In this document: piece after piece, positions 37,548 through 46,924 of the stretch
Layout: each line of letters starts with the position of its first letter
Position numbering within the stretch: position 1 is the first letter of the stretch
Assembly (NCBI GenBank): GCA_965648915.1
Contig: CBFGIV010000002.1
Coordinates: forward strand, 64,001-128,000
DNA: 64,000 bases
Direction: 5' to 3'
Source: a candidate division WOR-3 bacterium
GTDB taxonomy: Bacteria; Hydrothermota; Tepidihabitantia; SM23-42; CAYGYG01
Translations under genes and position numbers: made by a program
The notes under the pieces: model-generated
The model's database searches: none
What the model saw: only the letters and a program-made list of their open reading frames with translations
What the model was told of the DNA's origin: nothing

Positions 37548-38995
37548 TGGAGTTAAAATTTTCATCCAACCCGAGGCTGCGGGATAATTTCCGGTATGTT
37601 ATTTTGATTATATTTATCTTAAATTACTGTTTATTTGCTCAGCCTTATACTGATAGTCTCCTCTTTTTCTACTCACCTGACTGTCGCCACTGTGAGTTTT
37701 TTCTGAAGGAATTTTTGCCCAAGATTGAGAGAGATTACCGCATCGCGGTTAAGACCTTCAACATTGAGATTGCGCGGAATATGTACCTCCTTGAAGGACT
37801 TGAAGCGAAATTGAAGAATATAGGCGATGAATTGCCAGTTATTTTTTACCGGGACCTTGTTGTTTATGGCACCGACAGCATTTTGAAGAAGTTACCGGCA
37901 ATTATCGATCATTATCGGGCCGAGTCCCTTATTTACATCGCCTACTTCACAAAGCCTTCCTGTCGGGAGTGCAGTCGGGTTGATAGGATTATAAAAATTT
38001 TAACTCGGGAAGAGAAAAATATCGTCGTCAAAACCTATAATATTAATATCAAGGATAATAAACTTCTGGCTGAGGCAATCAGTGAGCGGATTGGTGTCCC
38101 TGAGAGATTCCGGCTTCTTGTGCCGGCAATATTTGTTGGTCGAGATTATCTAATAAAAGATAATATCCGATTGACTGAATTGAAAGATATCTTAAGAAAA
38201 TACCACGCGGGCACAGAGAATTTTGAATTATTAAATCCCGCAATCAAAGCTCAGAGTGAAGAGGCGATCTGCAACCGGTTTGCCCAAATAGGTTTTTGGG
38301 GTGTAATCGGTGCAGGGTTGCTTGATGGGATAAATCCCTGTGCTTTTGCGACAATTCTCTTCTTTATAAGTTATCTGGTCCTGCTCGGTCGTAAGCAACG
38401 CGATATAATTTTGATGGGTCTTTTTTTCTCCCTTGCGGTCTTTCTGACCTATTTTCTTATCGGACTTGGTTATCTTCAATTCTTAGATTACCTGACTCGG
38501 TTTAGACCAATCAGTAAGTTCATTTTTGCAGGCTTTGGCATCCTGACAATTATCTTGGGTCTCCTGAATATCTATGATTTCCTCCAGGCGCGCACTGGCA
38601 GATTAGACCGGATGAAATTGCAACTCCCGGATTACATAAAGATTCAAATCCATAAAAGCATTAAAGCCCAGACCAGGATTTTTGGTATTGTCCTTGGTGC
38701 ATTTGGTGCAGGGCTGTTTGTTTCGATCTTAGAATTTGCCTGTACCGGTCAGGTCTATATTCCAACCATTACCTTTGTGGTTTCGAACCCTCAACTGAAA
38801 ATCAGGGCGATAACTTTTTTGACACTTTATAACATTATGTTTATCTTCCCGTTAGTAATCATCACCGGGGTTGGATCGATCGTTTCTACTGACCGGGTTG
38901 GTAAGTTTTTAAAGGCCCGGATAGGGACGATCAAGGTTATGACAGCACTCTTTTTTATCACCCTTGGAATTCTGTTGATTATTTTATCATCGTAG
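37547..38995 (+). CDS. Two thioredoxin/glutaredoxin-like CxxC domains fused to a CcdA/DsbD-type membrane domain
   Basis: CRHC and CREC; GLLDGINPCAF and EFACTGQVY paired membrane cysteines. Confidence 0.82.
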   Translation: MELKFSSNPRLRDNFRYVILIIFILNYCLFAQPYTDSLLFFYSPDCRHCEFFLKEFLPKIERDYRIAVKTFNIEIARNMYLLEGLEAKLKNIGDELPVIFYRDLVVYGTDSILKKLPAIIDHYRAESLIYIAYFTKPSCRECSRVDRIIKILTREEKNIVVKTYNINIKDNKLLAEAISERIGVPERFRLLVPAIFVGRDYLIKDNIRLTELKDILRKYHAGTENFELLNPAIKAQSEEAICNRFAQIGFWGVIGAGLLDGINPCAFATILFFISYLVLLGRKQRDIILMGLFFSLAVFLTYFLIGLGYLQFLDYLTRFRPISKFIFAGFGILTIILGLLNIYDFLQARTGRLDRMKLQLPDYIKIQIHKSIKAQTRIFGIVLGAFGAGLFVSILEFACTGQVYIPTITFVVSNPQLKIRAITFLTLYNIMFIFPLVIITGVGSIVSTDRVGKFLKARIGTIKVMTALFFITLGILLIILSS

Positions 38996-39004
38996 GGGTA
39001 AAGG

Positions 39005-40684
39005 ATGAAGAGAATCTTCTTTTGGGCCTTATTAATTGTTTCAGGTATGTTTGGCGATGATTTCAATCAGCTGGGAAGTGAAATTATTGAATATCTCTGG
39101 CGTTTTCATCCTGTGGATGCAACTTATAAAGGGATACATAAATATGATACCCTTCTTACTGATTTTCGTCCTGAGGTACTACGAGCGAGGTTTAAGGATA
39201 TAAAAATATTTGAGCAAAGACTCGATCGGATTGACACATTAAGTCTTTCGGTTGATGAATATATCGATTATGCTCTGCTGCGGATAATGCTCAAGAACGA
39301 GATCTTCACTGGTGAGAGTTTGATGATTTACCGGAAGAACCCTCTTATTTATGTGAATGAAGCGATATATGGTATTTATAATATACTGATCCGATCGAGC
39401 CCATCCGTTCAACTTAAAATGGAAGCGATCAGGGCACGTTTGACGAAAATCCCGGATCTATTTGATCAGGCGCGCAAGAATCTTGTTGAACCACCGCCGA
39501 TATTATGTAAGATTGCGATTGAGCAACTCCGTGAGGGTGCCGTCTTTTTTAACGACCTGGCAGCACGATATACTGATTCACTCGGGCCTGAAGCGAATAA
39601 GGAATTTATCACGGCTAAAGAGAAGGCAGTTGTCGCCATGGTGGCTTTTCGTTACTGGTTGGAAGATATCGAAAAAGGTCCAGCGACATCATATGCCCTG
39701 GGTCATTCCAAATATGCTTATAAATTGAGGGAGATCCACCTGCTCGATATGTCGATTGATAGTATCCTGAGTCTGGGACAGAATATGCTGAATTTAACAA
39801 GCAGGGTGATTGACAGTTTGAAGAAGGCTTATCAATCAAAAGAGACACCCCTTCTAAAACCACCCGCAGATTTCAAACCCGATGATGTGAAAAGGTATCG
39901 CCAGTGGGAAATCGAAGAGATGAGAAGATTTGTTGGTTCTCAGGGGGTCGATTATGTTACCGTGCCCGATTATGTGGGTGCGATGTTTGTTGTGGAAACC
40001 CCTAAATTCTTAAGAGGACTGATCCCGGGGATCGCAATGGAACCGCCGGGGCCATTTGACAAGTCAACAACAAGTTATTTTTATGTTAGACCATTACCGG
40101 AGAGATTTGATTCGTCCGAGGCAGTAAGATATTATAATTATATCAGACAACGGGGATTTAAAGGATCAGTTGTCCACGAAGGTTTTCCCGGCCATCATCT
40201 TCAGTTATCAATTGCCAATCAACACCCTTCTCCGATTAGGAGGTCTATATCCGATAACTTCTTGATTGAGGGCTGGGCACTTTACTGTGAAGAATTGATG
40301 GCGCGCAGCGGTCTCTATGAGGATACCATAGGTGCCATTATTGGATATCTGGGTGGTGTTCGATTCCGTTCGGCCAGAGTTATCGTTGATGTGATGCTCC
40401 AGACCGGTCAGTATGACTATGAACAGGCAGTAAATTTTATGTGTCAGACCTTTGGCGGTGGTCAGGCCGATTCTGTATTTTTTGCCCGGGAAGTAGCAAG
40501 GTATATAACCGACCCAGGGCAAGCAGCGAGTTATCTAGTTGGGAAGATGCAAATCTTGAGACTTCTTGAAGATTATAAAAAGGTGGCAGGTAGACACTTC
40601 CGGCTGAAAGATTTTCACGATAAACTGTTGAATGAGGGTTCGATCCCGATAAGTCTTATCCGGAGAAAGATTCTTACCCCTTGA
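39005..40684 (+). CDS. DUF885 family exported protein (putative metallopeptidase)
   Basis: P..AT..G.H.YD, VHEGFPGHHLQ, EGWALYCE, EVARY...PGQA.SY..GK, FHD.LL. Confidence 0.9.
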   Translation: MKRIFFWALLIVSGMFGDDFNQLGSEIIEYLWRFHPVDATYKGIHKYDTLLTDFRPEVLRARFKDIKIFEQRLDRIDTLSLSVDEYIDYALLRIMLKNEIFTGESLMIYRKNPLIYVNEAIYGIYNILIRSSPSVQLKMEAIRARLTKIPDLFDQARKNLVEPPPILCKIAIEQLREGAVFFNDLAARYTDSLGPEANKEFITAKEKAVVAMVAFRYWLEDIEKGPATSYALGHSKYAYKLREIHLLDMSIDSILSLGQNMLNLTSRVIDSLKKAYQSKETPLLKPPADFKPDDVKRYRQWEIEEMRRFVGSQGVDYVTVPDYVGAMFVVETPKFLRGLIPGIAMEPPGPFDKSTTSYFYVRPLPERFDSSEAVRYYNYIRQRGFKGSVVHEGFPGHHLQLSIANQHPSPIRRSISDNFLIEGWALYCEELMARSGLYEDTIGAIIGYLGGVRFRSARVIVDVMLQTGQYDYEQAVNFMCQTFGGGQADSVFFAREVARYITDPGQAASYLVGKMQILRLLEDYKKVAGRHFRLKDFHDKLLNEGSIPISLIRRKILTP

Positions 40685-40685
40685 A

Positions 40686-40719
40686 ACTTTACACTCTTGA
40701 CACGGTAAGAAATGTAAAG
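40686..40719. repeat. 34-bp imperfect palindromic repeat, copy 2
   Basis: ACTTTACACTCTTGACACGGTAAGAAATGTAAAG, between the DUF885 stop and the cyclase ATG. Confidence 0.85.
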
Positions 40720-40724
40720 CATTT

Positions 40725-43700
40725 ATGAATTTAAATGAAGAGCGGCGATTAATAACGATTCTTTTTGCTGATCTATCGGGGTTCACCACTCTTGCCCAGC
40801 ATCTTGATCCTGAAGAGGTCAGTGAGGTAATAAATATCTGCTTCGGTCATTTAAATCCGATAATCACACACCATGGGGGCGTAATTCATAAGTATGAAGG
40901 TGACCTGGTTATCGCGCTATTTGGGTTACCGGTTACCCATGAAGACGATCCGGAACGTGCGGTCAGGGCGGCCATAGAGATGATGGCTTCTGTACCCGAG
41001 ATAAATGCATCGCTCCTTAATAGGTTGAGTATCCGGAGTAGTGTCGATCTCCATATCGGAATCAGCAGTGGAGTTGTTTTTGTGGGCGAAGTTGGCTCAA
41101 GGGAAAAACACGAATACACCGTAATGGGTGAAGTGGTAAATCTGGCTTCGCGTCTCAAAGATACAGCAAAAGCTGGCGAGATCCTTATTGCAGAGACAAT
41201 CTATCGGTTAACCCATTATCTTATTGAAACTGTCCCCCTGCCGCCAGTTAAACTTAAGGGCATCGAGGGCGAAGTAAGAATTTTCAAAGTCCTGGGTTTG
41301 AAATCCGAGCCGGAACCGGAACGTGGCATAAGAGGACTATCTTCACCACTGGTTGGTCGGGACCGAGAGTTCGCCCTGCTTAAAACTGCGGTTGAACGTC
41401 TGACCCAAGGAAAGGGTGGTATAATTTTCATCATCGGCGACCCCGGAATCGGGAAATCACGTCTTTTTGAGGAAATAAGGAATTTCATTATTACTGAGGA
41501 GATACCAATCACCATATTTGAAGGTCGTTGTCTTGCTTATGGTGAAAATCTTGCTTATCATCCGTTTTTGCCGGTTTTAAGAAAAATTACCGGTATTACT
41601 GAAAAAGACTCAGTCAGTGATATTCAGAATAAATTAATCAGATTTACCGCCGAACTCTTTCCGGATGATTATAAAAGTGTCGCGCCCTACATCGGTTATC
41701 TCTTTTCTATCCGTTATGGTGACGAACTGGATGAAAAGGTTAAGTATTTAGACCCCAAGGGTTTAAGGTATCAGATCTTTTTGAGTATAAAGAGATTACT
41801 TTTTGCTCTGGCTCAGAGGCAACCACTCCTGTTGGTTATTGAAGATTATCACTGGATCGATACTGAATCTTTAGAACTGCTTGAATTCATATATGAGCAA
41901 TCAATTTCGGCGCCGATGCTGATGTTCGCTTTATCGCGCTTTGTCAAAGAAAAGATCCCAGGGATAGTAAAAGAGCGGCTCCGCAAAAAACTCAGCGAAA
42001 ATTTTACCGAAATAATTTTAAGACCACTCGATCGAGATGCCGGGGCCCAACTTCTTTACAATCTATTAAATTTTCCGGACATCAGTCCGGACCTGAAAAA
42101 CCAGATATTGATGAAGGCCGACGGTAATCCATACTTTGTCGAAGAAATAATTCGTTCTTTGATTGATACCAGTAAACTTAAATTCACATCCGGACGATGG
42201 AAGGCGATCGGAGACTTTACGACGATTACCATTCCCGACACGATTCAACTGTTACTTACATCACGAATTGACCAGCTGGATGATGATGTGAGAAACGTAC
42301 TGCAACAGGCTTCAATAATTGGGAGAATTTTTGATGTCGAATTGTTAGAACTGGTAAATGGTGCAAATCATCTTATGCTCAGCCTTTATCTCGCAACCCT
42401 TGAGGAATTTGGATTTATAATGCGGGTACCGGGTGAGGGTGATCTGCGTTACCAGTTTCGTCACCCTCTCTTGTATGAGGTGGTCTACAATAGCATTTTG
42501 AAAAAAAACCGACGATCGTTACATCGGAAGGTAGGTGAATTGATCGAAAATATTCATAAAGAGCGACTGGATGATTGGGCGGAGGCGCTTGCCCATCAAT
42601 ATGGTCAGAGTGATAATTATGAAAGGGCAATGCACTGGCTGATGCGGGCAGGGTATAAAGCCAAGGGACGATATGCCAATGATGAGGCAATCAGTTTCTT
42701 CGAGAAACTGATTGCAATAACAACAACCGTAACCAAGGTTGAAAAAGAAGTCCGGAGGCGGTATCGGGTTCAGGCCTCAGAAGCGCTAGGGGAGTTATAT
42801 TTCTTAACCGGTAGGTATGATCAGGCAATCAAAAATTTTGAAATGATGCGCGACAATGCTCAGAGCGTTGGCGATCGAGCACGGGCCCAGCGACAGTTGG
42901 CTACGATTTATCAGAATCAAGGACAGTATGATTTTGCTTTACAGTTACTCGATGAGATTGAAAAGTCGTTCACCGGTACGTCGCTATCTGAAATATTGGA
43001 ACGAGTAGAAATTATGATTCTAAGAGGCTGGATATACTGGGTGCGGGGGATGCTGGAACCGGCGCGGGCCGAGTGTGAAGAAGCTATCAATCTTTTAGGT
43101 AAACTTAACCCCGAGGAGCAACTGGTGAAGGCGCTTAAAGCAACAGCAATGAGTCGACTCGGATTAATTGCTCAAACAAAAGGAGAATATGAGAAGGCAA
43201 TTGCATATAATGAAGAGGATTTAAGACTCTCTCGAGAAATTGCCAATAAAAAAGGTATCAGCCGTGCCTGCTGTAATCTCGGTAGTATCTACAAAGAATT
43301 CGGTCAGTATGATCGGGCGATTGAGTATTATGATGAAGACTTAAGAATATCAGAAGAGATCGGTGATAAACAGGGGATGGGGATAACGGCAAATAATTTA
43401 GGCACGATCTATTTGATTAAAAAGGATTATGACCGGGCACAAGAACTTTTTCAAAAATACCTGATTATCTCTCAAGAGACTGGATATCTCCAGGGGATGG
43501 GCACGGCCAAGCTCAATCTCGGGTCGTTGGCCCTGCGGGTCTCCGAAATTGAAGATGCTGAGAAAAATTTGCTTGAAGCCGAAGCGATTCTTAAAGAAAT
43601 CGGTTATCATAGTGTCTTGATTACGGTCTACATTTTACTGGCCGAACTCTATCTGGTGCACCGAAAAGAGATGAAGAAGGCGTGGTCTTATCTCAATCGG

Positions 43701-43976
43701 GCCAGACAATTGAACCGGCAAGTGGATTCAAAATCACAGTGGGCAAAGATATTTTTTGCTTATGGTAAGATGAATATGGAGCGAGGTGAGTGGTTAAAGG
43801 CGGGAAAGAACTTTGACCGAGCAGTGGAGAGATTTCTTGAACTTGGTGAGTTGAAGTATGCGGCCGAGGTTTATGAGAAATATGCCGAGTTATTCCGATT
43901 GACAGGAGATAGAGAGAGAAATAATTTATATTCCCAAAAGGCGAAAGATATCTACAAGAAGTTAGGAGTATCTTGA
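40725..43976 (+). CDS. Class III adenylate/guanylate cyclase + STAND (AAA) ATPase + TPR protein
   Basis: FADLSGFT, KYEGD, GEVVNLASRL; Walker A GDPGIGKS; Walker B LLVIED; GNPYF; FRH.L; many TPRs. Confidence 0.9.
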   Translation: MNLNEERRLITILFADLSGFTTLAQHLDPEEVSEVINICFGHLNPIITHHGGVIHKYEGDLVIALFGLPVTHEDDPERAVRAAIEMMASVPEINASLLNRLSIRSSVDLHIGISSGVVFVGEVGSREKHEYTVMGEVVNLASRLKDTAKAGEILIAETIYRLTHYLIETVPLPPVKLKGIEGEVRIFKVLGLKSEPEPERGIRGLSSPLVGRDREFALLKTAVERLTQGKGGIIFIIGDPGIGKSRLFEEIRNFIITEEIPITIFEGRCLAYGENLAYHPFLPVLRKITGITEKDSVSDIQNKLIRFTAELFPDDYKSVAPYIGYLFSIRYGDELDEKVKYLDPKGLRYQIFLSIKRLLFALAQRQPLLLVIEDYHWIDTESLELLEFIYEQSISAPMLMFALSRFVKEKIPGIVKERLRKKLSENFTEIILRPLDRDAGAQLLYNLLNFPDISPDLKNQILMKADGNPYFVEEIIRSLIDTSKLKFTSGRWKAIGDFTTITIPDTIQLLLTSRIDQLDDDVRNVLQQASIIGRIFDVELLELVNGANHLMLSLYLATLEEFGFIMRVPGEGDLRYQFRHPLLYEVVYNSILKKNRRSLHRKVGELIENIHKERLDDWAEALAHQYGQSDNYERAMHWLMRAGYKAKGRYANDEAISFFEKLIAITTTVTKVEKEVRRRYRVQASEALGELYFLTGRYDQAIKNFEMMRDNAQSVGDRARAQRQLATIYQNQGQYDFALQLLDEIEKSFTGTSLSEILERVEIMILRGWIYWVRGMLEPARAECEEAINLLGKLNPEEQLVKALKATAMSRLGLIAQTKGEYEKAIAYNEEDLRLSREIANKKGISRACCNLGSIYKEFGQYDRAIEYYDEDLRISEEIGDKQGMGITANNLGTIYLIKKDYDRAQELFQKYLIISQETGYLQGMGTAKLNLGSLALRVSEIEDAEKNLLEAEAILKEIGYHSVLITVYILLAELYLVHRKEMKKAWSYLNRARQLNRQVDSKSQWAKIFFAYGKMNMERGEWLKAGKNFDRAVERFLELGELKYAAEVYEKYAELFRLTGDRERNNLYSQKAKDIYKKLGVS

Positions 43977-43998
43977 GATAATCGGTCAAAAGGTTGTA

Positions 43999-44027
43999 TT
44001 GACAAAAATAAGAAGATCGATTATACT
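43999..44027 (+). promoter_or_regulatory. rpsA promoter
   Basis: TTGACA-N17-TATACT. Confidence 0.7.
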
Positions 44028-44081
44028 TAATTCTTAAATTTTTACCCCGTCAAAGGGGAAAGGAGGCAAGAAAGAATAACC

Positions 44082-45731
44082 ATGAAGGACTTTTATGAAT
44101 CTTCATTTCTCAACCTTAAGGAAGGAGAGATAATCACTGGTAAGATTGTAAAACGTGTTGGTAATTCAGTTTTAGTTGATCTCGGATTGAAGTCCGAGGG
44201 ATTTTTACCGGTTGATGAGTTCAAAAACTTAGAGGATATTGTTCCAGGTAATGAAGTTGCGGTCTTTTTAGAACTACTGGAGAACAAAGAAGGTTTTCCA
44301 GTGATATCAAAGAAGAAAGCCGATTTCCTGCTTGCCTGGGAACAGATCAAGAAGATGTACGAAACGGGTGAAGCGGCTCAGGCCCAGATAAGAAAGCGGA
44401 TCAAAGGAGGATTTTTAGTTGAGATTCTCGGGGTTGATGCTTTTCTTCCTGGTTCGCAGATCGATATCAAGACCCCGGCTGAGGAGGCTGAACTCCACAA
44501 CAAAAAGATCGGCGTTAAGATTGTAAAACTTAACTGGTTAAGAAAGAACATTGTAGTTTCAAGACGGTTGGTGATTGAAGAGGAACAGGAGAAGGCCAAG
44601 AAAAAGATCTTTGATAAATATAAAGTTGGTGATATCATTGAGGGCGAAGTTAAGGGCATTACCGAGTTCGGTGCCTTTATCGATATCGGTGGCGTCGATG
44701 CCCTCCTTCATCTGGTAGATCTATCCTGGGGTAAAGTTACCCACCCCTCAGAGGTGTTGAAGATCGGTGATCGGATCCGGGTGAAGATTCTTAACTTAGA
44801 CTTTGACAGCGGACGTATATCAGTTGGCTTAAAACAACTTACACCCCATCCCTGGGACGGTATCGAGGAGCGATATCCGATCGGAAGTAAGATCAAAGGT
44901 CGGGTCACGAGTGTCGTCGACTATGGTGCCTTTGTTGAACTGGAAAAGGGTGTCGAAGGGCTGGTTCATATCTCGGAGATGTCATGGACAAAATCGATCA
45001 AGCATCCCTCTCAGATTCTTGAGGAGGGTGATATGGTGGAAGCGGTTGTCCTTTCGATCGATCGCGATAATAAACGGATTTCCCTGGGTATCAAGCAGAC
45101 CAAACCTGATCCCTGGTCAGTCCTTGATCAGAAGTATAAAATTGGTGATCGGGTCACAGTTAAAGTCAAAAAACTTAAGGAGTACGGAGCCTTTGTTGAA
45201 CTCGAGGAAGGTATTGAAGGACTGATTCACCTCTCGGACTTCTCATGGACAAAAAAGATCAAACAACCTAAAGAAGTGCTAAAACGGGGGCAGAAGGTGG
45301 AAGCGGTTGTCGTCAAACTTGATCGGGAAAATCGTCGTATCGCCCTGAGTTTAAAACATACCAAGGAAGATCCATTTGAAAAATTCGTTGGGCAGTATGA
45401 GGAAGGTAAAACAATCAAAGTTAAGGTAGTCGACATACTCAATCAGGGTATTGGTGTTCAACTTGATTTTGGTATCGAAGAATTTATCCCGGTTGCCAAA
45501 CTTAATATACCAAAAGGCAAAAAGGTCAAGGATGTTTACAGCCTGGGGACTGAGTTAGAAGTTGTTATCGATAAGATAAATCAGAAGACAAGGAGGATCA
45601 GTCTAACTGAGAAAGGTTTAAAGGAAACAACCGAGGCCGTCGAAGCAGCCGGGATTGAGTTGCCCAAAGAGGAAAAGGCTTACTTTGGAGATTTTATCAA
45701 AGAAGAGAAAGAAAAAGAAAAACAGAAGTGA
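44082..45731 (+). CDS. rpsA: 30S ribosomal protein S1
   Basis: Six S1 repeats (AFLPGSQ, FGAFID, YGAFVE, GLVHISE, RISLG.KQ). Confidence 0.97.
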   Translation: MKDFYESSFLNLKEGEIITGKIVKRVGNSVLVDLGLKSEGFLPVDEFKNLEDIVPGNEVAVFLELLENKEGFPVISKKKADFLLAWEQIKKMYETGEAAQAQIRKRIKGGFLVEILGVDAFLPGSQIDIKTPAEEAELHNKKIGVKIVKLNWLRKNIVVSRRLVIEEEQEKAKKKIFDKYKVGDIIEGEVKGITEFGAFIDIGGVDALLHLVDLSWGKVTHPSEVLKIGDRIRVKILNLDFDSGRISVGLKQLTPHPWDGIEERYPIGSKIKGRVTSVVDYGAFVELEKGVEGLVHISEMSWTKSIKHPSQILEEGDMVEAVVLSIDRDNKRISLGIKQTKPDPWSVLDQKYKIGDRVTVKVKKLKEYGAFVELEEGIEGLIHLSDFSWTKKIKQPKEVLKRGQKVEAVVVKLDRENRRIALSLKHTKEDPFEKFVGQYEEGKTIKVKVVDILNQGIGVQLDFGIEEFIPVAKLNIPKGKKVKDVYSLGTELEVVIDKINQKTRRISLTEKGLKETTEAVEAAGIELPKEEKAYFGDFIKEEKEKEKQK

Positions 45732-46924
45732 CACGGCTGGTCAATCTTGGTTGTAAACTTAATCAATATGAAGGTCACTGCCTTTTAACCATCTGTCAAG
45801 ATGGTAATATCGTTAAGGATCAATTCTTAAATAAAGATGATCCAGCCCCGAAGAAAATTGTCATTGTTAATACCTGTGTTGTAACAAAAGAAGCCGAGCG
45901 CAAATCCCTTAAACGAATTCGACAGGCGGTTCGACAGCAACCCAAACCGTTCATTATCGTTACTGGCTGTCTGGCAGAAAAATGGGAATCAGGTTTTGAG
46001 GGTGTTGATTTAATTTTGAAGAGTAAAGATCGTCACCCCCTAATGGAAAAAGTCTTCCCTCAACCCAGACAGACCCGCTACTTTCTTAAAATTCAAGATG
46101 GCTGCGATTCAGGATGCAGTTATTGTATCGTTCCCCTGGTGCGAGGTAGGCATACAAGCATCGCTCAGGATAGAATCATAAGTGAAATTGAGTACGCCCG
46201 GGATCGGGGTTATCCGGAAATTGTTTTAACCGGTGTGAACCTAGGTTACTATGGTAAGGAGTTTGACGGTTCGCTGGTCGACCTTTTACGGAGGATCGGC
46301 CGTATTCCTTCGTTACCGCGTCTCCGTCTCTCTTCCTTAGAACCCCAGTTTCTCATCCCGGAGATATTCGCCCTCTTCAATGATTTACCACTCTGCAAGC
46401 ACCTCCACCTGCCGGTGCAGAGTGGCGATCCTGATGTTCTTCAATCGATGCATCGATTTTATGATATTAACAAGCTTCGAAAGATGATGGATCTGATCCA
46501 GACGCGTTTCCCTCAGTTCGCTTTTGGGGCTGATTTCATAACTGGTTTTCCAACTGAAGATAGACAATCTTTTGAAAAGACATTTGAGTTTATTAGAACT
46601 GCACCCTTCAGTTACCTCCATATCTTTCCTTATTCACCCCGTCCTGGGACCAGGGCATTTCCGCTGGGTGATCCTGTGAAACCTGAAGAAAAGCATTCAC
46701 GGGTAAAACTTCTCCGTGCCCTGGGCAGGGAAAAGTCTTATGATTTTAGAAAGAGATTTATCAATCAGAAATTTATGATTACGGTCGAGCGCAGGAATGG
46801 TAAAACCTCTGGTCTTACTGAGAATTATATTAGAATGATTATTCCGGCAAAGCCCTATGAAAATCTTATTGAGGCACAGATCGTGAAAGTTGAGTTTGAC
46901 TATACACTGGGTAAGATCGTATGA
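45728..46924 (+). CDS. mtaB: tRNA methylthiotransferase MtaB
   Basis: LGCKLNQYE, NTCVVT, FLKIQDGCDSGCSYC, EIVLTGVNLG.YG, RLRLSSLEP. Confidence 0.85.
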   Translation: MTRLVNLGCKLNQYEGHCLLTICQDGNIVKDQFLNKDDPAPKKIVIVNTCVVTKEAERKSLKRIRQAVRQQPKPFIIVTGCLAEKWESGFEGVDLILKSKDRHPLMEKVFPQPRQTRYFLKIQDGCDSGCSYCIVPLVRGRHTSIAQDRIISEIEYARDRGYPEIVLTGVNLGYYGKEFDGSLVDLLRRIGRIPSLPRLRLSSLEPQFLIPEIFALFNDLPLCKHLHLPVQSGDPDVLQSMHRFYDINKLRKMMDLIQTRFPQFAFGADFITGFPTEDRQSFEKTFEFIRTAPFSYLHIFPYSPRPGTRAFPLGDPVKPEEKHSRVKLLRALGREKSYDFRKRFINQKFMITVERRNGKTSGLTENYIRMIIPAKPYENLIEAQIVKVEFDYTLGKIV

